A stretch of DNA of 64,000 nucleotides from Mustelus asterias (GCF_964213995.1 NC_135825.1:31186001-31250000); one strand, 5' to 3'. Shown: positions 12,311 to 25,189, counted from the first letter of the stretch. Notes: generated from the sequence alone by a model not told the origin. Made by a program: numbers and translations.

Positions 12311-13543
12311 TTGTAAACGCCAACCATCTGGATTTCACACCTTAGCATTTTACAGAGGTCAAACCCATTGCATTCAAGCAAACCTGACAGTCATTGTGTA
12401 CACCTCAATCAATATTTTTGCATAAAAGGTTCTGCACATATTAAGCTAACACATTATCAACATTAAACATGAATTCACATTGTATAGTTGTGATGGAGTT
12501 GGGCGTGTTCGGGGACCTTGGAAGTCTGTCAGTGTCTCCTGATAGAAATCAGCACAACTGTGCTGACTGTCTGCCACTCACTCAACCCGCTATCCTCCAT
12601 CACCACTCATCGCAAGTCCACCGCCGAATGCACGGGACGGATCCCGCTTTTTTCTGTTCACTACTCCCAGTGTTAGTGACCTAGAACGCAGATAAGGATT
12701 CTTCCTCTGCAATCTGGCAGCAGCAGAGGGCCAAATGGCCAATGAACATACCTCCTTGAGCCACTCAGGGCCCAAGGCACCAGGCCAGGATGTCAGGGGA
12801 CAGCATCTGTTGTTGGCACTGTCAAGGTGTGTGGCCTGAAGGGAGGCTGGGTGGGGATTCTGGGGGGGAAGGAGGCTGAGTGGGGAGGGGAGAGTCCGGT
12901 CAGATCACCCTCATGCCTGCATGGTATGGGGGGGGGGAGGGGGGGCTACCCATTATTTGTAGGTTGGTCAGAGGATGCCTCTATTTGATGAGGGGTTGGT
13001 GGCGCTCCTGTGGTCAGTGTGGGAGGAGGGAGGGCACCGTTTCATTGTTTGGGAGGGGGCCTGTCATTGAGCTCGGAGATCAGGCCCTCCTTTAAAAATG
13101 GCAGCCTGGTCTCGGAACAGCCAGTCTGGCTGACAGGTTGCTTGAAGTGAGCTTATCTGCATCTTTTAGCTGACAGACACTCCCAACACAAGCGGGAAAC
13201 ACTCCTGTTTTCCTGCTGGTGTGGGCACTTGGCCTCAAAACGGGAAATCGCAGCTTTAGTCACTTTTAGGGAAAATTTGGCCCCTAGTTTTGCTGTGACC
13301 CAGATCTGGAGCACAAAGACTGCTTTTATGAACTGAAGTGGGTGGTAGGGACAGAGGGGTTGCTGCTGTAGGTGTTGGATATAGAATGGGTTTTGTTGAG
13401 GTAAAAATTAAAAATCTAATACTTGTGAAGTAAAAAAGCACTTAAAATGAACAAAATGCAAATTTTTAATGTTCAAATTCCATATTTTTATAGATGGAGA
13501 TGGGAGGGCATGTAGCCTAACCCTAAACCCAACACATCCATCT

Positions 13544-13860
13544 AGGGTGGCATGGTGGCACAGTGGTTAGCACTGCTGCCTCACAGTGCCAGGCATTTAG
13601 GTTCAATTCTGGTGACTGTCTGTGTGGAGATTGCACATTCTCCCCGTGTCTGTGTGGGTTTCCTCCGGGTACTCTGGTTTCCTCCCGCAGTCCAACGATG
13701 TGTGGGTTAGGTTGATTGGCCATGGTAAATTGCCCCTTAGTGTTAGGGGGATTAGTAGTGTAAATATAGTGGGTTACAGGGATAGGGGCTGAATGAGATT
13801 GTTCTTGGTACAGGTTTGACAGGCTGAATGATCTCCTTCTGCACTGTAGGGATTCTATGT
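13544..13860 (+). mobile_element. HE1 SINE, near full length
   Basis: tRNA head ggtggcacagtggttagcactgctgcctcacag, V-domain, gggattctatg tail. Confidence 0.9.
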
Positions 13861-13928
13861 CTTCAACATTTGGATAGCACCAACATGTGCCGTTATTTTG
13901 TTTCCTACAGCGGAAGTCATAAAATGTT

Positions 13929-15331
13929 GGGATAGCCCAGGAAATTACCGACCGGTGAGTCTAACCTCAGTGGTTGGTAAGCTGATGGAGAAGATTCTGA
14001 GGGACAAGATTTATGAGCATTTAGAGAGATTTAGAATGCTTAAGAATACTCAGCATGGCTTTGTCAAAGGCAGATCGTGCCTTACGAGCCTGGTGGAGTT
14101 CTTCGAAAATGTGACTAAACACATTGACAAAGGGAAAGCCGTTGATGTGGTTTATATGGATTTTAGCAAGGCGTTCAATAAGGTCCTCCATGCAAGGTTT
14201 CTAGAAAAAGTGAGAGGGCATGGGATCCAAGGGGCTGCTGCCCTGTGGATCCAGAACTGGCTTTCCCAAAAGAGGCAGAGAGTGGGTATAGATGGGTCTT
14301 TTTCTAAATGGAGGTTGGTCAGCAGTGGTGTGCCCCAGGGATCTGTTCTAGGACCCTTGCTGTTTGTCATTTTCATAAATGATCTGGATGAGGAAGTGGA
14401 GGGATGGGTTGGTAAGTTTGCCGACGACACAAAGGTTGGTGGGGTTGTGGATAGTCTGGAGGGATGTCAGATGTTACAGTGGGACATAGATAGGATGCAA
14501 GACAGGGCGGAGAAGTGGCAGATGGACTTCAACCCAGATAAATGCGTAGTGGTCCATTTTGGCAGGTCAAATGGGATGAACGAGTACAATATAAAGGGAA
14601 AGACCCTTAGTACTGTAGAGGATCAGAAGGACCTTGGGGTCCGGGTCCATAGCACTCTAAAATCGGCCCCGCAGGTGGAGGAGGTGGTTAAGAAGGCGCA
14701 TGGTGTGCTGGCCTTTATTAATCGAGGATTGAGTTTCGGAGTCCGGGGATAATGATGCAGTTGTATAAGACCCTTGTCAGACCCCACTTGGAGTACTGTG
14801 CTCAGTTCTGGTCGCCTCATTACAGGAAGAATGTGGAAAAGATTGAAAGGGTGCAGAGGAGATTTACAAGGATGTTGCCTGGATTGAGTGGCATGCCTTA
14901 TGAGGATAGGCTGAGGGAGCTCGGTCTTTTCTCCTTGGAGAGACGTAGGATGAGAGGAGACCTAATAGAGGTATATAAGATGTTGAGAGGCATAGATCGG
15001 GTGGACTCTCAGAGGCTTTTTCCCAGGGTGGAAATGGCTGCTACGAGAGGACACAGGTTTAAGGTGCTGGGGGGTAGGTACAGGGGAAATGTTAGGGGGA
15101 AGTTTTTCACACAGAGGGTGGTGGGCGAGTGGAATCGGCTGCCGTCAGTGGTGGTGGAGGCAAACTCAATAGGGTCTTTTAAGAGACTCCTGGATGAGTA
15201 CATGGGACTTAATAGGATGGAGGGTTATAGGTAGGCCTAGAAGGTAGGGATATGTTCGGCACAACTTGTGGGGCGGAAGGACCTGTTTTGTGCTGTAGGT
15301 TTTCTATGTTTCTATGTTTCTATGATTCTAT
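13929..15331 (+). mobile_element. Young 5'-truncated CR1 (HER1-like) LINE, RT domain
   Basis: [41 protein letters not shown]; one frameshift near 14740; (ttctatgt)n tail. Possible TSD ctacag at 13905-13910 and 15332-15337, with about 18 extra 5' nt. Confidence 0.95.
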
Positions 15332-15551
15332 CTACAGACAAAATAGCAAAGTGCATGCAACTCTTGTCTTAACATGTCAGAACCATTTTTGCGTTGGCAG
15401 ATTGGGAATGTGTCAACTTTCTTTAAAGCTGTAGATGAGTTTTTGTTCATTTCTAGTTTGATGTGTTTGCTGATGTTAGTCATTGTTTAGCACTGTCACA
15501 AGGTGATGGAAGGAGCCATTATTTGCGAAATCATAGTGATAGCTCCTCATC

Positions 15552-15720
15552 AGTGACTTTTAAGGGGCGTCTTGACAAGTACATGAATAGGATGGGGATA
15601 GAGGGATATGGTCCCCGGAAGGGTAGGGGGTTTTAGTTAAGTTGGGCAGCATGGTCGGTGCAGGCTTGGGGGGCCGATCGCCTGTTCCTGTGCTGTAATT
15701 TTCTTTGTTCTTTGTTCTTT
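15552..15720 (+). mobile_element. CR1 3' end fragment
   Basis: Near-identical to 16740-16907, with a (ttctttg)n tail. Confidence 0.9.
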
Positions 15721-15825
15721 ATCACTAAGGTGCTCTTTGACACTGAGCTCAAGCTACACCAGAATCACAAGTGAGCCAATCTATGTTAGGAAAACCATAC
15801 TATTTCCAAAGCATGATTAAAATCC

Positions 15826-17788
15826 TGGACCAAATCTTCCGTTTTCCAGATGACCAGACCTATGACTGAGAGGTTTGTCTGGAATATGTTCCTCAAGGAT
15901 CAGTGCTGGGACCTTTGCTGTTTGTAATATATATAAATGATTTGGAGGAAAATGTAACTGGTTTGATTAGTAAGTTTGCAGATGACACAAAAGTTCGTGG
16001 ATTTGCGGATAGCGATGAGGACCATCAGAGGATACAGTAGGATATATATCAGTTGGAGACTTGGGCAGAGAGATGGCAGATGGAGTTTAATCTGGACAAA
16101 TGTGAGGTAATGCATTTTGGAAGGTCTAATACAGATAGGAAATATACAGTAAATGACAGAACCCTTAAGAGTATTGATAGAACTCGGAGTTGGAGACGTT
16201 TGCGGAGGATCTGGGTGTACAGGTACACAGGTCACTGAAAGTGGCAATGCAAGTCGAGAAGGTAGTCAAGAAGGCATATGGCATGCTTGCCTTCATCGGC
16301 CTGGGTACTGAGTTTAAAAATTGGCAAGTCATGTTGCAGCTTTATAGAACCTTAGTTAGGCTGCACTTGGAATATAGTGTTCAATTTTGGTCGCCACACT
16401 ACCAGAATGATGTGGAGGCTTTGGAGGGGGTACAGAAAAGATTTACCAGGATGTTGCATGGTATGGAGGGCATTAGCTATGAGGAGAGATTGGAGAAACT
16501 TGGTTTGTTCTCACTGGAGCGATGGAGACCTGATAGAAATCTACAAGATTATGAGAGGCATGGACAGAGTGGATAGTCAGAAGCTTTTTCCCAGGGTGGA
16601 GGAGTCAATTAATAGGGGGCATATGTTTAAGGTGCGAGGGGCAAGGTTTAAAGGAGATGTACGAGGCAGATCTTTTACACAGAGAGTAGTGCGTGCCTGG
16701 AACTCATTGCCGGGGGAGGTAGTGGAAGCGGATATGGTAGTGACTTTTAAGGGGCATCTTGACAAGTACATGAATAGGATGGGAATAGAGGGATATGGTC
16801 CCCGGAAGGGTAGGGGGTTTTAGTTAAGTCGGGCAGCATGGTCGGTGCAGGCTTGGAGGGCCGAAGGGCCTGTTCCTGTGCTGTAATTTTCTTTGTTCTT
16901 TGTTCTTGTCTGGGATGTTTTCATTTCCGATGGGCAATTTCCTACTCCCTGGGACCCTCTGCAAACGTCTCCAACTCCGAGTTCTAGTCAGAAACTTGGG
17001 ACAGTTCTGTTACCCAGGAAATGTCAGACAGACTAAAACCTTGTATAATTGTGGGGGAACTACATAACTGGCTTCCCAGTCACCCGATCCTCACCCCGAC
17101 TTCAGCTCCGATGCCTCGAATACCCTATCAAATGCCCTACCACAATGCCCCTAAATATCCTCCTCATCCACTCACCACACCCCAACACCCCTGAATACCC
17201 TCCTGACCCCCCCCGTTACCATCCTAAACCATCTATCACTCCCCTAAACCCCCCCAAATATCCATCTGACACCCCATCACACCACCAAACTCCCCACCTC
17301 CCGACTACCCCCCAACACCTCCGACAACCCTCCCTATCCGCCAGTGATGACTTCAACCCCGACTACCTTTCCCATCCCCAAATTACCCTCCCAATTAGAC
17401 AAGTTCCCTCCCAACTTGACCCGACTAATCCCCAGATTGACTACCCACTTACCCCTACTCACTCACCCACCTACCCCTTCCCCATTTACCCCTTACCCAC
17501 CCACTAATGTTCATTCACCAACATTTAGATTGGACATTTAAACTGATCGTACAGTTGCTAGTGCTGTAAAAAGGGTGTGGTAGGGTGGGGGTGAGGGGTG
17601 CTATCTCATCTTCCTGTGACTGTGCCATGATCCGATGAAGCTTTCCGAGGGACTCTGCAGTTCACGTTTTTGGGACAGCCAAGTTTGGAAGAGTCCCGAA
17701 GAAATGCGGAGCAGTGTCGGGCCGGGGAGATTTCCTGAAGCGGTGGCCATCCAATGACGATTGCTGCTCCGCAGAAGATCTAGACCCC
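15826..17788. mobile_element. Non-autonomous DNA transposon with C-rich interior, hosting a CR1 insertion
   Basis: Termini ggaccaaatcttc / gaagatctagacc. Internal gatgggcaatt...actccctgggacc...ttacccaggaaatg is shared with 62745-63362. Confidence 0.55.
15884..16907 (+). mobile_element. 5'-truncated CR1 LINE
   Basis: [30 protein letters not shown], tail tttgttc, TSD ttgtctgg. Confidence 0.93.
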
Positions 17789-18009
17789 GTGCCTTTGCTG
17801 AAATTATAGATGCAAATTTCCACAGAGCTGTTTGATTTTCAGAGATGAAAGATCAATCCCTTTGAGGCTGCTTTGCCATTCAGTTAGATGTTGGCTGATT
17901 AGCGCTTCAACTTCGTTTGCTTTTGAAGAAATGCTAACTACCTGGGAAGGCAGCTGATATTTTGGACTAAAAGATCAGGAGTACTGAAGACTGTCCTGTA
18001 CCCAACAAA

Positions 18010-18221
18010 AGCAGCTTGCAATTATATCACACCTTTAATGTAGCAAAGCATCCTAAGGTACTTTGATTGGCAAAAAATTGACACCAAACTATGTAAGGAG
18101 GTATCACACAAGTGACCAAAGTTTGGCAAAAGGAGACTTAAAAGAGGGGAGTAAGAGGGAGAGGCACAGTGAAGTTGTTCAGAGGGGGAATTCCAAATCT
18201 TTGGCCTTAGTCAGCTGAAGT
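18010..18221 (-). mobile_element. L2 LINE 3' remnant (continues at 20349-20400 and 21700-21970)
   Basis: ttgcaattatatcacacctttaatgtag...gtgaccaaagtttgg, a typical L2 3' end, similar to 43255-43400. Confidence 0.55.
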
Positions 18222-20348
18222 AATGGAGACCCATTTCACGACTGAATGTGGATTATAAAATTCTGGCCAAGGTCATCGCCAACCGGGTCAAGTCTGCTCT
18301 GGGGTCAGTGATCCATCCTGATCAAACCTGTGCTGTACCAGGCAGGAAGATCTCTGATAGCCTCGTGCTACTCAGGGATACGATCGCCTACGTGCAGGAC
18401 AGGCAGGTGGACACCTGCCTCATCAGTCTAGACCAGGAGAAGGCGTTTGACAGAATATCGCACAGCTACATGATGGATGTGCTCTCCAAAATGGGCTTTG
18501 GGGAGGGAATCTGCAATTGGATCCAACTGCTCTACACAGACATCAGTAGCGCAGTTTCAATCAATGGGTGGGAATCAGATATGTTTCAGATCAGGTCTGG
18601 AGTCAGGCAGGGCTGCCCTCTCTCCTCCGTCCTTTTTGTGTGTTGCATTGAACCCTTTGCCGAGGCCCTCAGAAGCGACCCAGGCATCAAAGGGGTTACA
18701 ATCCCAGGCAGCGGAGGGACGCAAGTCAAAGCCTCCCTCTACATGGATGACGTGGCTGTCTTCTGCTCGGACCCCTCATCTGTTCGCAGGCTCCTTCAAG
18801 TCTGTGAGCAGTTCGAGCTGGCCTCGGGGGCCAAAGTCAACCAGGGTAAGAGTGAGGCCATGTTCTTTGGGAACTGGCCTGACACATCCTTTGTCCCCTT
18901 CACCATTAGGGCAGACTACCTCAAGGTGCTGGGGTTATGGTTCGGAGCGGCAGGGGCATGCGCCAAAAACTGGGAGGAGCGCATCGCCAAAGCCAGACAA
19001 AAATTGGGATTGTGGGAGCAACGCTCCCTCTCCATCACTGGGAAAAACCTTGTGATCCGATGCGAGGTACTGTCCATGTTGTTGTACGTGGCGCAGGTGT
19101 GGCCTCTCCCCAAGTCCTGCGCAGCAGCAGTGACCCGGGCCATCTTCAAATTTATCTGGAGATCAAAGGTGGATCGTGTCCGGAGGGAGGCGATGCACAA
19201 ATCTCCAGAGAATGGAGGGAAAAACGTTCCCAACGCCGCCCTCATCCTGATGGCCACCTTTGTGTGCGGCTGCATCAAGCTGTGTGTAGATCCTCGGTAC
19301 ACTAACAACAAGTGCCACTATTTTTTGAGGTTCTACCTGTCCCAAGTGTTGCAGAGGATGGGTCTGGCCACATTGCCGCAGGACGCTCCAAGTAGTTGGA
19401 CCGTACCGCAGCACCTGTCCTTCGTGGAGAAATTCTTCCGGAAACACACCTTTGACCACATGGCTATCAAGCAGTGGTCAGCACGTAATGTCCTTGAGGC
19501 CCTGAGAGAAAAGGAGACGGCAGATCCTGTCGGATGGTTCCCTGAGCGGACTGTCAATGTCATTTGGCAGAATGCCTCATCACCAGAACTCACAAACAAG
19601 CACCAAGACCTGGCTTGGCTGGTGGTGAGAAGGGCACTCCCCGTCAGATCCTTCATGCATGCCTGAGGGCTCAACCTCACCGCACGCTGCCCTCGAAGCG
19701 GCTGCGGGGCTGATGAGACGGTCGCACACCTCCTTGTGGAATGTGCTTTTGCAAAGAAGGTCTGGAGTGAGATGCAGTGGTATTTGTTGCGGTTCGTCCC
19801 GGGCAGCTCGGTGACGCAGGACTCTGTGCTCTACGGGCTGTTTCTGGGGACGCACACCGAGACAAATATCAACTGCTGCTGGAGGGTCATCAACTCGGTG
19901 AAGGACGCGCTTTGGTCCGCCCGAAACTTGCTGATCTCCCAGCTGAAAGAATTGTCCTCGACCGAGTGTTGCAGACTGGCACATTCCAAGGTCCAGGACT
20001 ACGTGCTCAGGGACGCGCTCAAGCTTGGGGCAGCCGCCGCCAAGGCACAATGGGGAAAGGCCACCGTGTAAAGCGTCTCAACCGAGGCAGACCGAGGGCC
20101 GGGTAACTGCAGAATACCCTCGGCCTGCGTAACTGTGTGCCAACCTGAAAAATAACAGCACACAGTAAACTCTGACGTATGTATATAGTTTTAAGTAATG
20201 AAATGTAATGTTTTGTAAATAAGCACTGTATTGTACTGTAAAAATGATTCTTTTTTTTGCACTGTTTATAACTTTGGATCTGTCGTTTTGCAATGTCTTA
20301 TTTGAGAGGTTTTTTTTTAATAAAGTATATTTTTGAAATAAAAAAAAA
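18222..20348 (+). mobile_element. 5'-truncated Tx1-clade (L1-group) LINE ORF2
   Basis: WRPISRLNVDYKILAKVIANR, SLDQEKAFDRI, GVRQGCPLS, YMDD; C-terminal CPRSGCGADETVAHLLVEC zinc knuckle; single internal TGA at 19664; aataaa plus poly(A); short TSD aatgg. Confidence 0.93.
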
Positions 20349-20409
20349 TGGCCACTAATGGTTCAATCATTAAAATCAGTTCTGCACAAGGGACCAAGAT
20401 TGGAGTTTA

Positions 20410-20850
20410 ATTTTTATTTATTTCCAGGATGCGGACTTCGTTGGAAAGGCCAACATTTGTTGTCCATCCCTAATTGTCCTTGAGAAGGTGTTGCTGAGAT
20501 ACTTTATTCGTTTGCTAGGTCACGTCAGAGGGCAGTTAAGATTCAACCACATTGCTGTGGGTTTGTAGTCACCTGTGGGCCAGACAACGTAGGGGTGGCA
20601 GATTTCTTACCCTAAAGACCATGGCCGGAACTTTCCGGCTGTTCACGTCAGCGGGATTTTCTGGTCCCGCTGATGGTGCACCCTCGCCATGGGTTTCACA
20701 ACAGCAAGGAGTGCATTCAATGGGAAACCCCATTGACAATGGCAAGACCAGTGGCGATCTGCCTCCCACTGCTGCGAAACACATAGCAGGATGTGTGGTA
20801 AATCCCACCACATGAGTGAACAACAATCCAACTGCCCATAATTACCATTA
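20410..20850 (-). mobile_element. tRNA-SINE remnant (family of 48997-49340) interrupted by a MITE at about 20623-20810
   Basis: ggccaacatttgttgtccatccctaattg...ggcagatttcttaccctaaagac; MITE termini ggccggaacttt / aaatcccacc. Confidence 0.55.
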
Positions 20851-20862
20851 CTGATCGTAATA

Positions 20863-21157
20863 TCATAGAATCTACAGTGCAGAAGGGGGTCATTCGGCCC
20901 ATCGCGTCTGCACCGACAACAATCCCACCCAGGCCCTATCCCCACAACCCCCTGATAATCCCCCTGACACGAAGGGGCAATTTAGCATGACCAAATCAAC
21001 CTAACTCGCACATCTTTGGACTGTGGGAGGACACCGGAGGAAACCGATGCAGACATGGGGAAAACGTACAAACTCCACACAGACATTGAACCGAGGCCAG
21101 AATCAAACCCAGGTCTCTGGCATTGTGAGGCAGCAGTGCTAACCACTATGCTGCCCC
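20863..21157 (-). mobile_element. HE1 SINE
   Basis: Reverse HE1 tail, V-domain and tRNA head (gtgaggcagcagtgctaaccac). Confidence 0.88.
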
Positions 21158-22320
21158 GTGACTAGTTGTTTTATGCTAGCTTGTATTAATTAACTGCATT
21201 TAAATTTCTCAGCTCATGGCGTGTTTAGAGCTCACATCATTCGTCCGATCCTCTGGGTGATGAGACCAGCAGCACAATCACTTTGCTACTTATTTTTCCA
21301 GAGGATTATAGGGCTGGAGGAAGCTAGGGGGTGGAATTCTCCCATGCTCCCGCCAGCCAGATCAAATGGCATTGGGGGAGGGGGAGAACTTGGCTGGAGT
21401 GTGAAATTACAGTGGAATCCTCCAGTGCTGCCCGCCATGGGGGACCAGAAATCCTACTGGGGGCCGGTGTGAAACCGATTTGGATCCCGCTAATATGTGC
21501 CTTTTAAATAAGACATCCAGATACGATGGTGGGACGCACACCGTCAAACCTGCCCACCATGGAAGACCGCAGAAAATCCCGGGATGCAAAATTAATTACA
21601 CCAGGGATGGAAGATATGGCATGGTTTCCCTTGGCCTCTGCAGCGGGAAACACTCCCTGATTCAGCCCCTGCCACGGGATTTAGAACTAGATGGGAGGAT
21701 TCCATCCAGAGAGCAGGGTGAGGGCTTTGAAAGGTAGCATGAGAATTTTAAAATCGCAACATTACTGTAACAAGAGCCAATGTAGGTCAACAAGCATTGG
21801 TGTGATGAACAGGATTGGGTGAGAGTTAGGAAATGGGCAGGGGGGTTCTTTATGAGTTCAACTTACAAAGGGTGTAAATTGTGAGGTTGAGCAGGAGAGC
21901 ATTGGATTAGTCAAGTCCATAGCTAACTAAAGTATGGATGGGCTTCTTGCCAGTAGATAAGCTAAGACCAAACATGAGACAGCCAGAGATGGACTCCTCA
22001 GCACTCACAGTGGTGTTCTCACTCTTTAGGTGCATGATTCATCAGAATCATGGGGCCTGTTGAGTTGGTGTTTCTACTGATCGGGATTGGCCAGCAGCAG
22101 AGACAATGACGTGCTGGACCACAGGTGGAGAAGCAATGTCAGAGACAGTGCTGGGCAAGAATCTTCTGATATCGATGTTCTGTGAATGAATCTTCCCCCC
22201 CCCCTCCTACTATGTATAGGTTCTTCCCCAGGATCTGCAGCTGAGGTTGAAGAAGCCTTCTGACTTCCATGCCTTGTTGCCCGAGATGACCTTGGCATGT
22301 GTCCCCTGGGGAGTCTTGAC

Positions 22321-23314
22321 AAAGAACAAACAAAGAACAAAGAACAATACAGCACAGGAACAGGCCCTTCGGCCCTCCAAGCCCGCGCCGCTCCCCGGTC
22401 CAGGATTGAATCCTGAATCCAGGATCCGCGCCCAATTTTCCAGCCTATCTACATACTAATATCCTATCCACCAAGCTGTCCCTCACAGCTACGATGCTTT
22501 GTTTATCACAACCTATTAACTCACCCCCACCCCCCCCATTCCAGACCATGTGATCTCCAGGGAGAGGCGAAAACCCAGAGTGAAAACCCCAGGGCCAATA
22601 TGGGGAAAAGAAATCTGGGAAATTCCTCTCTGACCCCCTGAGGCGATCGAAACGAGTCCAGGAGATCACACTGGCCCTGATCGGAAAATGCTTCCCAACC
22701 CTATTCATTTCCACTTCCACGAACACCATATGAATTCCCTGCCCCCGAGACAGGTTCCCAACTATCTGCAGTCTCGCTCTGTACTGGCACCAGCAAGATG
22801 ATCATAGAATGAAGCCTTGAAACGAGAAACAAAGAACAATTAGCCCGCGCCGCTCCCTGGTTCAAACTAGACCACTCTTTTGTATCCCTCCATTCCCACT
22901 CCGTTCATATAGCTGTCTAGATAAGTCTTAAACGTTCCCAGTGTGTCCGCCTCCACCACCTTGCCCGGAAACCCATTCCAGGCCCCCACGACCCTCTGTG
23001 TAAAATATGTCCTTCTGATATCTGTGTTAAACCTCCCCCCCTTCACCTTGAACCTATGACCCCTCGTGAACGTCACCACCGACCCGGGGAAAAGCTTCCC
23101 ACCGTTCACCCTATCTATGCCTTTCATAATTTTATACACCTCTATTAAGTCTCCCCTCATCCTCCATCTTTCCAAGGAGAACAACCCCAGTTTCCCCAAT
23201 CTGTCCTCATAACCAAGCCCCTCCATACCAGGCAATATCCTGGTAAACCTCCTCTGTACTCTCTCCAAAGCCTCCACGTCCTTCTGGTAGTGTGGCGACC
23301 AGAACTGGACGCAG
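22321..23314 (-). mobile_element. 5'-truncated CR1 with extended composite 3' UTR
   Basis: EALERVQRRFTRILPG...FSLERWRMRGDLIEVYK, (aaagaac)n tail, TSD ttgac at 22316-22320 and 23315-23319. Confidence 0.92.
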
Positions 23315-24311
23315 TTGACCTTGGGGACTTGGCCTGCTTTTGAACATCATGGATATTGCAGTGCTGTCCTCATAGGTGTGTGGGACTGGAGAGGCATCAC
23401 ACGCAGGAAGGAGAAACGCAGATAAGCTGGACACCCCCAGAGTGTCCTGGGTGGAAGACCCCAGTCTGCCGTGCACCAGATGACCCTCATCCCTTCAGGT
23501 CCCCGGTGCTTTTCCATGGTACAAAGGGGCAGCATGGAAGACTGCTTTTCTATGGTACAAAGGGCCACCATGGAAGACCGCAGAAAACCCCAGGATGCAA
23601 AATTAATTACACCAGGGAGGTGTAATTCCTCTGGTGAGGTCCAGAAGCCTCACCATCTTCTGGTGCAGACACTCATGGATTCCCACCAGTGGCTGCACCA
23701 TGGAGTTCATGCCCTTCAACATGGAGATTGTGAGGTAAACCATGGTGTGGACATCTCCTGCCATGGAGTGCATGTCCTGTGCCAAGATCTCCACTGTGGA
23801 CACCCCCCTCACAGTGTTGGCCTCATTGTGCTGGAGTGACGGCACTATATTTTTGGACATAAGGCAATGGCACTCTTCCAATTGACCTTGTTGTCCAAGA
23901 AGAGATGCTGTTATCCCCTCCTGATGCTCACGACTCTGCTTTTACAGTTCCATCAAATCTGGGATGACATGGCCCAGGGGCACATCATCAGCTGGTGTCC
24001 AGCAGAGTCCTGGCCTCCGGCATCCCCCCCGAGTGCTGGTTCCCTGGAATACCCCTGCCTCCACCTGGTGCTGATCATCAGCAGTGAGATGCTCACCAGT
24101 GAGTTGCCCAGAAGCCTGCCTACTTAGTGAACCCACTGAGGTCTGAGCATCTGCGCTGGTGCTGAGTATGGGTGACAGCTGTGATGCCTCTTCAATGGAG
24201 GGGTCTGAGAATTCTCCCTCCAAGCTGTTCGAGTCTGGTGGGTCCAGGGGGCACGAGGATGGTCCGGCCTATTTGGATGTGTTTCCTGCAAGAGAAGGGA
24301 AATGGCATTAG

Positions 24312-24460
24312 TGCAGCATAGTGGCACAGTGGTTAGCACTGCTGCCTCACAGTGCCAGGGCACCGGGTTCGATTCCGACCTGTCTGGGTGGGGTTTGCAC
24401 ATTCTCTCCGTGACTGTGTGGGTTTCCTCTGGGGGCTCCGGTTTCCTCCCACAGTCCAAA
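24312..24460 (+). mobile_element. HE1 SINE, 5' part
   Basis: tRNA head and V-domain start, up to cccacagtccaaa. Confidence 0.85.
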
Positions 24461-24539
24461 GAGCACATTGATAATGGGCATGAATTTTAACACAACAGGC
24501 TTCAGGCAGTTTGGAGCTGGAGACATTTGCAACACCTCA

Positions 24540-25110
24540 CAGTTTTCCTTCCACTTTTGCATAAGGGAGGTCTATTCAAAGAGGGCAGACCACATCTAGA
24601 CTCTGCTGGGTATCAGCAGGCAGGGTGAGTACACAGCTTCATGAACATTGTAGGCTTCTTCAGGATGCAGGACGTCAATGAGTGTACACACATCTGTTTG
24701 CTTGTGAACTCAGAGGATGTACTGAAATGGAAAGGGATTCCACGCAGATCGATGCCTGGTATCCTGACTGCAGTCATGGTGCCTTCATCCTGCAGCAAAA
24801 CAAACAATAGCTACTGGGTGATAAGGGCTATCCTCATGGCTGATGACTCCGACATGCAGCCTATACGCACCAGGGCAGCAGGCAAACACAAATGCCATGC
24901 TGCCACATGAAACATAACAGAGCAACCCATTGGTGTGCTGAATCAATGGTTCCGCTGCCTCCACTGCTCTGGAGATAATACTTGACAAAGCAGATGTGAA
25001 GATTCGCAGTGGCCCGCTGCAATGTTGTATCATCTTGCCAACGTGAGGGGCCTTTACCATCAGCTACATTGTGAGCAGCTGGGAAGCGAGAGCACGAGGA
25101 AGAGAAAGAG
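24540..25110 (+). pseudogene. Decayed PIF/Harbinger (HARBI1-like) DDE transposase
   Basis: Across frames: GFFRMQDVNECTHI (cf. GFPxVxGxIDCTH), KGFH, SHGAFIL, LLGDKGYP, WLMTP, HAAT*NITEQPIGVLNQWFRCL. Adjacent 23320-24300 and 25400-25900 may be the second ORF (not confirmed). Confidence 0.8.
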
Positions 25111-25189
25111 GAATGGAGGAGGCCATTCAGACGGTGCCTGTTTGCCCAGTCTGTTCGTGAACAACACATCTGGCTGCAATATCAGCAAA

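Noticed and set aside
13544-13620. tRNA genes at SINE heads (here and in other HE1 copies)
   Set aside because: A/B-box-like heads continue into SINE bodies, with no complete cloverleaf.
17049-17541. Pro-rich ORF
   Set aside because: It is the C-rich interior of a non-autonomous transposon that is also present at 62745-63362.
24540-25110. Domesticated HARBI1 gene
   Set aside because: Multiple frameshifts, deletions and stops show a decayed transposon copy.
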